From: Candidatus Omnitrophota bacterium
GTDB lineage: Bacteria; Omnitrophota; Gorgyraeia; Zapsychrales; Fredricksoniimonadaceae
Reading direction: 5' to 3'
NCBI GenBank assembly: GCA_028865345.1
Contig: JAGWKL010000003.1
Location: forward strand, 184-64,183
DNA length: 64,000 nucleotides
Shown piece by piece: positions 49,911 to 59,789 of the stretch. Under the pieces are notes generated by a model that was not told the DNA's origin, did not search any database, and saw only the letters and a list, made by a program, of their open reading frames with translations. The position numbers were made by a program, and so were the translations under genes. How positions within the stretch are numbered: position 1 is the stretch's first letter; the number at the start of each line of letters is the position of its first letter.

Positions 49911-51368
49911 ATGAAGATCATCAGAACCATTCTCGTTAGCCTGTTGGCGTTGATGCTGGTCGCCGCCACCGTTCTTTTTATATTCTTTCAGACTTTTGAC
50001 GCAGACCAGTATTTTCCCCGAATGGCCCCAAAAGCATCAAGGGCATTGGGGCGGACGGTGGTCTTGGGGCATATGGGGCTGGGGTTGTCTTTACGGGGCA
50101 TTACCGTCGACGCAGGACCTGTGACTGTGGCGGACGACCCCGGATTTACAACACAACCGTTCATTGAGGTCAAGAGGGTCCGTATCGGCCTTAACTGGTG
50201 GGCTCTCATAGCCCGTCGGAAAATCCAAATTACAACCATCCTCCTGCAGTCGCCGCAGATCCATTTTATCATTAATGAGCAGGGGGATGTCAATGTTCAT
50301 AGTTTTGCTCAGAATGGCGTCTTATCGGGTGGCGAGGAATGGATGTTAAGGAGCGCACGGTACCGGCACAAGGGGCAGCCTATTGGGGAATCACCGTTGA
50401 AGCGGGCTTTTGGGTTGCCCTCGCGTCCCAAGGAGCACCTTAACATCCATTCCGAGCCAAGCCCCGCTGCGTCGCCAATTTCTATAGAAATACGGGACGC
50501 TTCCATTTCTTTAATCGACCAAAATCCTTATGTGCCCCTGGATATTTGGCTGGAAGGTGTCGATGCCGATGTGAAGGGTTTTTCTTTCTCTGCTCCATTT
50601 GTTTTGTCCTTCGGCGGCTGTTTTTACAGGAATGCCCCCAATGTCCATGCCCGAGCTCAGATGTATTTTGATGCCCTCCGGAAAACTTTCAACATCACTA
50701 ACCTGCAATTGGCAGCCGATCTCTCCAGGCTTCAGGCCGATAGGCTCGACGGTATTTCTCCGGGAACGCCGGGAACAGCCGTTCTTAAAAACATCACCGG
50801 GAAACTGGGGCTGGACATGGGCCATCTGGATTTTAGCCCTACCGCGGGGGTTTACGCCGATGGCCATATCACCGTCACCGACGGGGTATTAAAGGGGTTC
50901 AATATCATTAAATTTCTTTTTTCCCGGTTCCTGGGTAATTTTATAGGAGGCAATATCGAAGCTCTTTTTAAACGTCAAAGCCAGCTGACCGCGCCCGATA
51001 CCGTCATTCAAAGAGCCGTTGTTCAGTTTTCCTATCGCCGGGGCACCCTGTTCATCGATGATTTTCTTGCCCAAACCAATATTTTTGAATTGAACGCCAA
51101 AGGTTTGCTTATGCCGGGATGGAATGCAGACATGCAGACCGTGTTGCATTTGGACCGGAATGTTTCCGAGGGGCTGATCGGTGAGTTTCATGGATTAAAG
51201 CGCCTGGAGGACACAAGTCAGCGCGTCGTCATAAACGCGAGCCTCAAAGGGACCATCCCTCATTTAAAATACAAGCCGGACAAGGATTTCAGAAAAGAAA
51301 GCAGAAAAGCGCTGATGGAAGAAGGCGGCAATATTTTAGGCGCCTTATTGGGCGCTCGCGGGCTGTGA
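49911..51368 (+). CDS. AsmA-family protein (envelope biogenesis / inter-membrane lipid transport family)
   Basis: The internal ATG at 49911 gives an N-terminal TM anchor (MKIIRTILVSLLALMLVAATVLFIFF) followed by a beta-rich repetitive sequence typical of the AsmA-like N-terminal region. The assignment is by overall pattern. Confidence 0.55.
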   Translation: MKIIRTILVSLLALMLVAATVLFIFFQTFDADQYFPRMAPKASRALGRTVVLGHMGLGLSLRGITVDAGPVTVADDPGFTTQPFIEVKRVRIGLNWWALIARRKIQITTILLQSPQIHFIINEQGDVNVHSFAQNGVLSGGEEWMLRSARYRHKGQPIGESPLKRAFGLPSRPKEHLNIHSEPSPAASPISIEIRDASISLIDQNPYVPLDIWLEGVDADVKGFSFSAPFVLSFGGCFYRNAPNVHARAQMYFDALRKTFNITNLQLAADLSRLQADRLDGISPGTPGTAVLKNITGKLGLDMGHLDFSPTAGVYADGHITVTDGVLKGFNIIKFLFSRFLGNFIGGNIEALFKRQSQLTAPDTVIQRAVVQFSYRRGTLFIDDFLAQTNIFELNAKGLLMPGWNADMQTVLHLDRNVSEGLIGEFHGLKRLEDTSQRVVINASLKGTIPHLKYKPDKDFRKESRKALMEEGGNILGALLGARGL

Positions 51369-52702
51369 TGAAAACGTGGATCGCTGCATTCCTTTTGGCG
51401 CTTTTGGCATTGGGCGTCTATTGGCCCCACAGGGACGCCCAATTTGTTTTGGATGATTATTATACGGTGGTCCGCAACCCGCTGATCAAAAACCCCTCCC
51501 TGTACCGGAATATTTGGACATCGCGCCTGTTCGATGCGAGTACATCATCGGGATACATCAAGTTCGGGTATTGGCGGCCGGTCTTGGAGTCCTCATGGAT
51601 ATTGGATTACCGTTTATTCGGCTTGAAGGCATGCGGCTATCAATGGGTGAACCTTTTGATCCACGCCTTCAATTGTTTTCTGGTTTATATTTTATGGCGC
51701 GGTCTTTTCGGTTCGGCTTCTCTGGGGCTCAAGGCGGCCCTTTTATTTTGCGCCCTGCCGACGCAGGAGTGGGTGGTGCGTTACGTGACCGGCCGCGGGG
51801 ACGAATTGAGCGCCTTGTTTGCCTTGGTGTCGTTGATAGCCCTGACGCGGGCCATCAGGAGCGGAATGAAGCGATGGGCATTTCCGGCTTTTATATGCTT
51901 AGGTCTAGCCGCCCTGACCCGTGAGGTGGCGATTTCTTATCTTCTGTACGGCTTGCTGATCTATTTTTACGCCAAAGGCGAAGTCAAAAGCATCAACCGT
52001 TTTTGCGGCTGGTGGGTCCTTATCGGGACATTGCCTTTTTTGCTCATCTGGTCCATTGTCCCCAAGCAGGGCAATATTCTGATATGGCATGTTTTCTATT
52101 TTGCTTCCGCAGGTTTTTGCCTGTGGCTGGCCCAGGGGCGCTTAAGATGGGTCATTATAGGAATTGCTTTTTTTGCTTCCGTAAGTTTTTACCAGGGGCG
52201 GTTTTGGTCGACGGAAGAGACCCTGCTGCGTCATACCAGGAGCCTGGAATGGTGGCCGCGCACTGTGGTGGCCCGGCAGCTGTTGATGAAATACGATGAG
52301 GACATCCCTGCCGTCAAAGGCATGATCAGCCGGTCCCGGGACCATCTTATCAAAGCCATGTGGTTACGCCGCCTGGGGACCATCTATTTTTTCCATCATG
52401 ATAACGCTCTCGCCCGACAGGCCTTTTTACAGGCCTTGTCGGTGGCCCCCTTTGATATCGACAGTCTGGATGCCCTGGCAGTTATCGCCCATGATGAAGG
52501 TCAGGAAGACCGGAGCCTGAAGTACCTGGACCGTGCCTTAACGATCGACCCTTCTTATCCTGATACTTTAAGGACTTTAGGGATCCATTATTACCTCTGT
52601 AAGGATTTTTCCAGGGCCAGGTTTTTTTTGAAAACGAGCCTGTTTTACGATCCTGATAACGCCCAGGCCAGGGATCTTCTTCGTGCTTTGCCAACCCTAT
52701 GA
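51365..52702 (+). CDS. TMTC-like polytopic membrane protein with C-terminal TPR repeats (DUF1736-type)
   Basis: The N-terminus FVLDDYYTVVRNPLI and …GYQWVNLLIHAFNCFLVY match the conserved start of the bacterial TMTC/PMT-like 'TPR membrane protein' family. C-terminal TPRs (…LRRLGTIYFFHHDNALARQAFLQALSVAPFD…). Confidence 0.6.
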   Translation: MMKTWIAAFLLALLALGVYWPHRDAQFVLDDYYTVVRNPLIKNPSLYRNIWTSRLFDASTSSGYIKFGYWRPVLESSWILDYRLFGLKACGYQWVNLLIHAFNCFLVYILWRGLFGSASLGLKAALLFCALPTQEWVVRYVTGRGDELSALFALVSLIALTRAIRSGMKRWAFPAFICLGLAALTREVAISYLLYGLLIYFYAKGEVKSINRFCGWWVLIGTLPFLLIWSIVPKQGNILIWHVFYFASAGFCLWLAQGRLRWVIIGIAFFASVSFYQGRFWSTEETLLRHTRSLEWWPRTVVARQLLMKYDEDIPAVKGMISRSRDHLIKAMWLRRLGTIYFFHHDNALARQAFLQALSVAPFDIDSLDALAVIAHDEGQEDRSLKYLDRALTIDPSYPDTLRTLGIHYYLCKDFSRARFFLKTSLFYDPDNAQARDLLRALPTL

Positions 52703-52722
52703 ATTAGTGTATACTAAAATCT

Positions 52723-53151
52723 ATGCCGTGCTCCGACAGTTCTTCAGGGATCAATCTGCGCCTGGATTTAAACGAGCGACTGGTCAAATTCGATTTCGCC
52801 AAGATCACCTGTTCCAGCGAAATCGGCGGGGACAGGAGACTGTCCCGGTTTTGCAGCGGGAAGGCGCTGGAAGAGGTCCTCGGGTTCGATTTCAGGATGC
52901 TGGTTTCTGCCCTGGGGATCAACGATGATGAGGAAGCGCAGTTTATCCTTTATATGGAATTAGACGCGCTCAAGGCGGCCGTGTGCGCGTATCTGGGCAT
53001 AGAGTACGAGGGGGTGGACAGCGAGCGTTGCAAGATATCGTCGGTCGAGCACGGCGATGAGTTCATCGATATTGCCCTGGTGATCCTGCCGCCGAAGCAG
53101 TTGCCCAAAATCCTGCCTTGCAGCCTTAACGAACGTCAGGCTTCTTCCTGA
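52723..53151 (+). CDS. Hypothetical protein (142 aa)
   Basis: An open frame with plausible composition and no competing ORF. No motif was recognised. It is the last + strand gene before the convergent ilv operon. Confidence 0.35.
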   Translation: MPCSDSSSGINLRLDLNERLVKFDFAKITCSSEIGGDRRLSRFCSGKALEEVLGFDFRMLVSALGINDDEEAQFILYMELDALKAAVCAYLGIEYEGVDSERCKISSVEHGDEFIDIALVILPPKQLPKILPCSLNERQASS

Positions 53152-53174
53152 TGGGGTGATTGCAGGGGGAGTTT

Positions 53175-53669
53175 TTAAGTTTCTTGCCGTCCGCGGGTGA
53201 TCAGGATCTTCCCTGTGCGGATCATTTCCACGATGCCGAATTTCTTAAGGAGGGTTTCGAATTCATTGAGTTCGGCCGTCGTGCCTGTCTGCTCGATGAT
53301 GTAGTAGCCTTGCGAGGCGTCATCGATGCGCACGCGGAATTTGCGCGCGTTTTTGGCCACAAACGTTTTGACCGCCGCAGAGGTTTTGGTTTTAAGCAAT
53401 GCCAGTTCTTTTTCCACGGTGTCGGCCGGATGCTCTTCACAGTGGATCACGTCAACGAGTTTATTGACGTTTTTGATGATCATCTCCAGGGTCGTCACAT
53501 CGCCTTTGGCGGTGATGGTCATGCGGGAAAATTTAGGATTCACCGTCGGAGAGACCACCAGAGAATCGATGTTGTAGCCGCGGCGGGCAAACACCAATGC
53601 AATACGCACAAGCACGCCCGGCTTATTGGCCACCAAAACGCTGATCGTATGAAGAGGGATTTTATCCAT
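53175..53669 (-). CDS. ilvH: Acetolactate synthase small (regulatory) subunit
   Basis: N-terminal ACT domain (ISVLVANKPGVLVRIALVFARRGYNIDSL). Immediately downstream of ilvB. Confidence 0.85.
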   Translation of the reverse strand: MDKIPLHTISVLVANKPGVLVRIALVFARRGYNIDSLVVSPTVNPKFSRMTITAKGDVTTLEMIIKNVNKLVDVIHCEEHPADTVEKELALLKTKTSAAVKTFVAKNARKFRVRIDDASQGYYIIEQTGTTAELNEFETLLKKFGIVEMIRTGKILITRGRQET

Positions 53670-53674
53670 AGGTT

Positions 53675-55417
53675 TTAAGTCGATCCCGACGGTTTTTCCA
53701 TCTTTTTGGCCGGTTTCTCGATGATCATGTGGTGCGCCGATTTACCGGCAGGCACCATGGGAAACACATTATCTTCCTTGATGACTTCCGCATGAAGGAC
53801 GCAGGGGCCTTTGTAGCTCATGGCATCACGCATCACATCTTCGCAATGTTCGGGCTTGTTCATATGGAAGCCCTTGATCCCGTAACTTTCCGCTAATTTC
53901 ACAAAATCAGGGTTGCCTTCCAGATCAACGCCGGAGAGCCGGTTGTCAAAAAAGAGTTCCTGCCATTGGCGCACCATGCCCAAGTACTTATTGTCGATGA
54001 TGATGACTTTGACGGGAAGCTTGTGTACGAACACCGTGGCCAGTTCATACAAAGTCATCTGGAAACCGCCGTCACCCACGATCGCCACCACAAGTTCCCC
54101 GGGCGCGGCGAACTGGGCGCCTACGGCTGCGGGAAAGCCGTAACCCATGGTCCCCGCCCCGCCGGAGGACAGCCAGTGATTGCCTTTTTGGGACAGGTAA
54201 AACTGGGCGGCCCACATCTGGTGCTGTCCCACGTCGGTGGTGACAATAGCCTTGCCCTGTGTGACCTTATAACAGGTGTCGATGACCTGCTGGGCGGTAA
54301 GGCCGTTGGTCGTATTGTATTTCAGGGGAAATTCCTTTTTATAATAGTCCAGTTCCTGGAGCCACGCGGCCGTGTCCAGGGGTTCAATAAGCTTGGTCAA
54401 TTCTTCCACTGCTTCGCGGGCCTGGCCCAGCACATAGGCGTCGGGTTTGACGATCTTATTGATCTCGGCAAAATCCACGTCGATATGAAGCTTCCTGGCA
54501 TTGACGCAAAATTCGTTGTTATTGCCGTTGATGCGGTCATCCCAACGTGAACCGATGGAAAGGATCAGGTCGCAGTTCACCAGCGCTTTGTTGGCATAAG
54601 CGGTCCCGTGCATGCCTAACATTCCCAGGGACAAAGGATGGGTCTCAGGGAATTCGCCTTTGCCAAGAAGCGTATTGGTCACCGGCGCCTGCAATTTCTC
54701 CGCCAATTTTTTGATCGCGGCCCCGGCATGGGAAAGCACGGCGCCGTGCCCAACGAGCAATAAGGGCTTTTTGCTGCCTTTGAACATTTTGGCCATCTTG
54801 ACGATGTCTGCCTTATGAGGCGAAGGCGTGTCTTTCTTATAGCCCGGGATGTCCATTTCCGGATCAAGACTATCGCCTGTAAACGGGGCCGAGGTGATAT
54901 CCTTGGGCAAATCAATGAGGACAGGCCCGGGCCGTCCGGTCTGGCAGATATGCCAGGCTTCCTTGATGATGCGGGGGATATCGTTGGTATTTTTGACCAA
55001 ATAGCTGTGTTTCACCACCGGCATGGTAATACCGGAAATATCCGCTTCCTGAAAAGCGTCTTTACCGAGCATGGAGGTGATGGTCTGCCCGGTCAGGACG
55101 ATCATGGGCACGGAATCCATCATGGCGGTCAGGATCCCTGTGACGGTGTTGGTGGCTCCCGGTCCCGAGGTGACGAGCACGACGCCGGGCCTGCCGGTAA
55201 CGCGGGCATAGCCGTCTGCCATGTGGGTGGCGCCTTGCTCGTGGCGGGTCAGGATAAGCTTGATGCTGGAGCCTACCAGGGCATCGAAAATCGGTATGGC
55301 GGCGCCGCCGGACAGTCCCCAGATATATTCAGCCCCAAAACTTTCCAGGCATTTGATCAGGGCTTCGGCGCCGTTGATAGGTTTCTTAGGTGTTGTTTTA
55401 GAGGGTTCTTTGTTCAT
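53675..55417 (-). CDS. ilvB: Acetolactate synthase large subunit (ThDP-dependent)
   Basis: 580 aa with the ThDP-binding motif GDGGFQM...N and an FAD-binding middle domain. Confidence 0.9.
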   Translation of the reverse strand: MNKEPSKTTPKKPINGAEALIKCLESFGAEYIWGLSGGAAIPIFDALVGSSIKLILTRHEQGATHMADGYARVTGRPGVVLVTSGPGATNTVTGILTAMMDSVPMIVLTGQTITSMLGKDAFQEADISGITMPVVKHSYLVKNTNDIPRIIKEAWHICQTGRPGPVLIDLPKDITSAPFTGDSLDPEMDIPGYKKDTPSPHKADIVKMAKMFKGSKKPLLLVGHGAVLSHAGAAIKKLAEKLQAPVTNTLLGKGEFPETHPLSLGMLGMHGTAYANKALVNCDLILSIGSRWDDRINGNNNEFCVNARKLHIDVDFAEINKIVKPDAYVLGQAREAVEELTKLIEPLDTAAWLQELDYYKKEFPLKYNTTNGLTAQQVIDTCYKVTQGKAIVTTDVGQHQMWAAQFYLSQKGNHWLSSGGAGTMGYGFPAAVGAQFAAPGELVVAIVGDGGFQMTLYELATVFVHKLPVKVIIIDNKYLGMVRQWQELFFDNRLSGVDLEGNPDFVKLAESYGIKGFHMNKPEHCEDVMRDAMSYKGPCVLHAEVIKEDNVFPMVPAGKSAHHMIIEKPAKKMEKPSGST

Positions 55418-55459
55418 AAATTCCCTTTGAAGTAAAGGGGATATATTATCACATTTAAC

Positions 55460-55771
55460 TCATTTAAGCAACTCTGCCAGCTCTCCGTTTTCATGCATCT
55501 CGGCGATGATGTCCGCGCCGCCGACAAATTCCCCGTTGATAAAGACTTGGGGGATGGTGGGCCAGTTGGTAAATTCCTTGATCCCCTGGCGCAGTTGGTC
55601 GTCGGAAAGGACATCGTGGTCTTTGAGGGCAACGCCGTAAGACTGCAGGATCTGCACCGCCCGTCCGGAAAATCCGCACATGGGGGAAGCCGCAGTGCCT
55701 TTCATATAGATCACTACTTTGTTATTCTTGACGTCGTCTTCAATTTTTTTACGTAATTGATCGGTCAACAT
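55460..55771 (-). CDS. grxD: Monothiol glutaredoxin (Grx4/GrxD family)
   Basis: CGFS active site (MCGFSGRAVQIL). Confidence 0.85.
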   Translation of the reverse strand: MLTDQLRKKIEDDVKNNKVVIYMKGTAASPMCGFSGRAVQILQSYGVALKDHDVLSDDQLRQGIKEFTNWPTIPQVFINGEFVGGADIIAEMHENGELAELLK

Positions 55772-55795
55772 AGCGACTCCTGTTGGTTGGTTTTG

Positions 55796-56053
55796 TTAAA
55801 GCCCGTATTGCGATTTGGCTTCATCCCATTTGGCCGGCGTAAAGGTCTTCAGCCCCAGGGCATGGACCACTTGAAAAACATCCTTGATGGAGGCCATGAC
55901 CATCTGCTGCTGTTTAAATACAGGCATCCCCTCAAACGCAGGGGATATGACAAAAGCCTGCAGGTGCGCCCCGTCATTCATGGGATCAAGCACATGGGCC
56001 TGAGATCCAGGGACGGCAGATTCGATCCGGTGTTTGATTTCTTCGGTTGTCAT
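55796..56053 (-). CDS. BolA-family protein
   Basis: 85 aa. The C-terminus VHALGLKTFTP matches the BolA (…IHAL…T.TP) pattern. Confidence 0.7.
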   Translation of the reverse strand: MTTEEIKHRIESAVPGSQAHVLDPMNDGAHLQAFVISPAFEGMPVFKQQQMVMASIKDVFQVVHALGLKTFTPAKWDEAKSQYGL

Positions 56054-56310
56054 GGTTTATTTTTCTTAATCCACTCAATAATATCCAATGATTCATAAAG
56101 GGCCTTACCGTCAATGACAAGGCAGGGGACCTGGGGCTTGCCGCCGATCGCAACCAGCTCATCGCGCCATGCGGGATTTTCACGGATGTCCTTCATGGGC
56201 ACAACAATGCCTTCTTTATTCAAAAAATCCCTGACCCTCTGGCAATAAGGGCATGCCATAAAATGGTATAAAGTTAAGTCCGACAATATTCTTTGTTTTT
56301 TCGACGTCAT
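56050..56310 (-). CDS. Dithiol glutaredoxin
   Basis: CPYC active site (MACPYCQRV). 86 aa. Confidence 0.8.
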   Translation of the reverse strand: MTSKKQRILSDLTLYHFMACPYCQRVRDFLNKEGIVVPMKDIRENPAWRDELVAIGGKPQVPCLVIDGKALYESLDIIEWIKKNKP

Positions 56311-56328
56311 AAGCGGGTTCCAATTGCG

Positions 56329-57264
56329 TTATTTTAGCAAGTTTTCTACAAAATCAATGATTTTTTCTTCCAGCTTGACGTTGTATAAACGGTTCATTTC
56401 CTGAAGGCAGGTGGGAGAGGTGACGTTGACTTCGATCAGAAAATCACCCAGGATGTCGATCCCAACGAAATAAAGGCCGAGTTCCTGGAGATGTGGCTTA
56501 AGAATGCTGATGATTTTTTTATCGTTGGTGTCGACTGTGGCGGGTTGGGGTGCGCCGCCCGCATAAAAGTTGTTGCGGTGCTCACCTTCTTCATGCAGGC
56601 GCAGCACGGCCCCGAGGACTTCTCCGTCCAGAAGAAGGATGCGTTTATCGCCTTTTTGGGCTTGGGGCACGTATTTCTGGACGATGATGGCCTTGTTGTA
56701 GCGGTCGCTCAGGGTCTCCAGGACGACCTTGGTGTTGGAGTCCCCGTTTTCGATATGAAATACGCCGGCGCCCCCGAATCCGTCGGTGGGCTTGGCGATG
56801 ACATTTTTATGCCTGGCGACAAAATCAAGCAGGTCCTTTTTATCAGAGGAGATGATGGTGGGCGGCGTCAAGTGTTTAAACCGGCTGACCCACACCTTTT
56901 CGTTGACGGTGCGAAGCCCCGCAGGATTGTTGATGACCGCTATATGTTTGGGCAAATGCTCCAGGAGCCATGTGTTCATGATGTATTGCTCATCCAGAGG
57001 CGGGTTGGGGCGGATAAAGACCGCATGAATGTCATCTTGGCTCAATCGTACCGCACGTTCTTCTCGAAACGGCATGTGTGCGATATTCTGGGGGGCGACC
57101 TTGGTGGCATGAAAATACACCTTACCTTCAGCGAAGCCGATGCCGTCTTCAGGCACATGGTAGACGTCGTGGCCGCGGCTATGGGCGCATAACATCATCA
57201 CAAAGGTGGTGTCCGACTCGAAGGAAACCGTTTCCAGAGGGTCCATTAAAAAGACGAATTTCAT
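56329..57264 (-). CDS. gshB: Glutathione synthetase (ATP-grasp)
   Basis: MKFVFLMDPLETV… N-terminus and ATP-grasp fold motifs. It overlaps the upstream gshA-like gene by 4 nt. Confidence 0.8.
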   Translation of the reverse strand: MKFVFLMDPLETVSFESDTTFVMMLCAHSRGHDVYHVPEDGIGFAEGKVYFHATKVAPQNIAHMPFREERAVRLSQDDIHAVFIRPNPPLDEQYIMNTWLLEHLPKHIAVINNPAGLRTVNEKVWVSRFKHLTPPTIISSDKKDLLDFVARHKNVIAKPTDGFGGAGVFHIENGDSNTKVVLETLSDRYNKAIIVQKYVPQAQKGDKRILLLDGEVLGAVLRLHEEGEHRNNFYAGGAPQPATVDTNDKKIISILKPHLQELGLYFVGIDILGDFLIEVNVTSPTCLQEMNRLYNVKLEEKIIDFVENLLK

Positions 57265-58562
57265 GCCGGTCCTTTAGCCGTATTGGCTTTTAAGTCCATG
57301 ATCTCCTGGCCCGCGGCCGTGCCCGCGATACGTCCCAGGATACGGTAAATGTCGAATATGTTCAGATTGTGTGCAATGCCGCAGTCCCCGCCGTATTTGT
57401 CCAGGTGCGGGCACATTTTCTGGAAAGACATGCCGCCGGGAGAGTTGAGGTTTTCCCGGGGACTCTTGCCTGTATGATAGCGGTAAAATCCGCCGACGAA
57501 ATTGTTGTCGATCTGGTACAGGCATACTTCGCAGGGGTTCTCTTCGATACGGTGGATGGTGGGCACGCCTTCCTGCAGCAGAAAATGGGTGATGGTCTGC
57601 GCGTCCTTGCCGCGGGAGAGGTCGTTGCGCTTTTTACGGTTCAATTCCAGGATCTGCGCCGGGTCTTCGATGGGGACCACCCCCAGCCCGTAGGTGCCGG
57701 AATCGGATTTGACAAAAATAAACGGCTTGCTGTCGATGGCGTGTTCATGGTATTTGTTTTGGATGTTTTCAAAGAGTTTGACCGCGGCCTGGTAAAGCCG
57801 TTTCTGGTCATCTTCGGCATTGATATTCACATGGTTTTCCACTTCATACAGGCAGGAAAACTGCCAGGGGTCGAGCCCCACGATACCGGCGAATTCCCGG
57901 ATGAGGTTGTTGGCGCGTTGGAAATGCCCGGACTTAAGCCGGGTGTGCCATCCGGCAAGGATGGAAGGGAAGACCGGTATCTTGACCTGTTTTAATTCCT
58001 CAGGAATGCCGGCAGAGAGATCGTTGTTCATGATGATCATGTCAAAATTGATGTCCCCCTGTTTGATCTTCTCCAGCACGCGTTTGACGCAATGGATTTT
58101 AACGGTTTGGCCGCTGGCAGTTTCCATTTCGATGGCGCTGGCCGCCTGCGCGCAAAAGGATGGTTCCTGGATAAAGAAAGAGGCTATTTGGGCATTGAAG
58201 CCGGCCTTGGTGATGATTTCCTGCAGGATACGGACATTTTCCAGATACCAGGTATTGCGCGTATGTTCTTCAGCAACGATCAATATGGAGGCAGCGTCGG
58301 GCACACGCGCCAGGATAGCTTTCTTAATAAGGCCTTCGGCGTCCGCCAACCCGTGCTCGCAGAGATTGTTAAAGCCTGCGGGAAAAAGGTTGGTGTCAAC
58401 CACCGCGATCTTAAAACCCGCGTCACGGATGTCCACCGATGTGTAAAAAGGCGTGTAGCGTTGTTCATGGGTCAGGAGCCAGCGGTGGATGGTCCCCTGG
58501 CGCTGCTGGATGCAGGGCACGCATAAACTTTGCGAGAAGTTTTGGTTGACCGTAAGTTTCAT
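57261..58562 (-). CDS. gshA: Putative glutamate--cysteine ligase
   Basis: 433 aa. The assignment comes mainly from context (translationally coupled to gshB and followed by glutaredoxins) plus general size and composition. Few diagnostic motifs were recognised by eye. Confidence 0.5.
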   Translation of the reverse strand: MKLTVNQNFSQSLCVPCIQQRQGTIHRWLLTHEQRYTPFYTSVDIRDAGFKIAVVDTNLFPAGFNNLCEHGLADAEGLIKKAILARVPDAASILIVAEEHTRNTWYLENVRILQEIITKAGFNAQIASFFIQEPSFCAQAASAIEMETASGQTVKIHCVKRVLEKIKQGDINFDMIIMNNDLSAGIPEELKQVKIPVFPSILAGWHTRLKSGHFQRANNLIREFAGIVGLDPWQFSCLYEVENHVNINAEDDQKRLYQAAVKLFENIQNKYHEHAIDSKPFIFVKSDSGTYGLGVVPIEDPAQILELNRKKRNDLSRGKDAQTITHFLLQEGVPTIHRIEENPCEVCLYQIDNNFVGGFYRYHTGKSPRENLNSPGGMSFQKMCPHLDKYGGDCGIAHNLNIFDIYRILGRIAGTAAGQEIMDLKANTAKGPA

Positions 58563-58636
58563 ATATTTTTCCTGTCATTCCCGGATGCTTTTATCGGGGC
58601 GCCATAGTATAATACTAAATTATGATTAAAGCAAAG

Positions 58637-58665
58637 AAAAGGCCCTGTTGCTTCGACGGCGAAGA
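58637..58665 (+). repeat. Copy 3 of the dispersed 29-nt motif (AAAAGGCCCTGTTGCTTCGACGGCGAAGA)
   Basis: Lies in the divergent gshA / bolA intergenic region. Confidence 0.75.
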
Positions 58666-58726
58666 GTCGCGTGGGGTGATCGAACGCATCCTCGCGCAGG
58701 CATTCGCGCCGGATTCTTTAGAGGTC

Positions 58727-58755
58727 AAAAGGCCCAATTGCTTCGACTTCGAAAG
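58727..58755 (+). repeat. Copy 4 of the dispersed 29-nt motif (AAAAGGCCCAATTGCTTCGACTTCGAAAG)
   Basis: Ends 9 nt before the GTG start of bolA. Its 3' end (CGAAAGGG) doubles as the RBS. Confidence 0.75.
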
Positions 58756-58764
58756 GGTTGGTTT

Positions 58765-59013
58765 GTGATCGGGGCAAAGATTGAGCATATATTAAATGTA
58801 ACTTTTAAGCCAGATTATCTCGAAGTCATAGACGAAAGTTACAAGCATGCCGGACATGCCGGCGCCTCTCAGGGCGGGCATTACCGCATCACCGTCATAT
58901 CGAAAAGTTTCAGGGGCAAGAAACTCCTGGAAGTCCACCGCATGATTTACCGGGCCCTGGAGGCGGTCAAACCTTCCATTCATGCGCTGAGCATCAAGGC
59001 CGGTGCTGCTTAA
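58765..59013 (+). CDS. bolA: BolA/IbaG-family protein
   Basis: ESYKHAGHAG…GGHYRITVISKSFRGKKLLEVHRMIYRALEAVKPSIHALSIKA closely follows the BolA signature. GTG start with RBS AAAGGG. The ORF-track start at 58648 is an upstream extension. Confidence 0.8.
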   Translation: MIGAKIEHILNVTFKPDYLEVIDESYKHAGHAGASQGGHYRITVISKSFRGKKLLEVHRMIYRALEAVKPSIHALSIKAGAA

Positions 59014-59789
59014 GTGCGCAGTTTATAGCCGATCCTGAATAAGTAGACCGTTGCCGTAAAGATCGTCATCGCCATTCCTAAGCTGACCAGGGCGCAGGTG
59101 ATGGCGGGCGTGTCCGTGACATTGGTCATGCTGTAACGGATGCCGGAGACCATATAGTAGAGAGGGTTGAAATGTGAGATGATCTGCAATACAGGCGGCA
59201 GCATGAACAGGGGATGGAACACCCCGCCCAGGAGGGCCAGGGGAATGATCACATAGGTGTTCCATATGGAGAGCATGCCGAAATCTTCCGCCCACAGGGC
59301 CCCCATCATCCCGGCGCAGGAAAAAATCACCGCGATGGTCAGCATGAAAAAAAGCAAGGCCAGCGGATGGGTGATCGGGGTGGGCGTAAAAAACAGGGAC
59401 ACCAGCCAAACGCTCACACAGACAAGGATGCCGCGGGCCACCCCTCCGGCCAGAAGGCCTAAAACCATTTCGATATAAGAAAGGGGCGCCAGCAGGATTT
59501 CCTGGATATGGTTGTGCCAGCGGCCTATAAACAGCGACGAGGAAGTGTTTTCGTAGCTGCTCGAGATCAAATTCATGGCCATGAGGCCGGGAGTGATGAA
59601 TTGCAAATAGGTCAATCCGGTGGCGGAGAAATCAACGCGCGAACCGATGGCCACACCAAAAATATACATAAAAAGGGCAGAGGACACCAGCGGCGGGAAA
59701 AGGGTCTGGTTGGCCACCGAGAAAAAGCGGTGGATCTCTCTTTTAGCCAGGGCCAGAACGCCGATCGGGTTGGTCACCAGATGCAACAT
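59010..59789 (-). CDS. ABC-2 family transporter permease (paralog of 12339..13109)
   Basis: 259 aa with 6 TM segments. Clear sequence similarity to the + strand permease (e.g. FITPGLMAMNLISSSYENTSSSLF vs FIVPGLVMMAVISNAYGNVVASFY). Confidence 0.85.
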   Translation of the reverse strand: MLHLVTNPIGVLALAKREIHRFFSVANQTLFPPLVSSALFMYIFGVAIGSRVDFSATGLTYLQFITPGLMAMNLISSSYENTSSSLFIGRWHNHIQEILLAPLSYIEMVLGLLAGGVARGILVCVSVWLVSLFFTPTPITHPLALLFFMLTIAVIFSCAGMMGALWAEDFGMLSIWNTYVIIPLALLGGVFHPLFMLPPVLQIISHFNPLYYMVSGIRYSMTNVTDTPAITCALVSLGMAMTIFTATVYLFRIGYKLRT

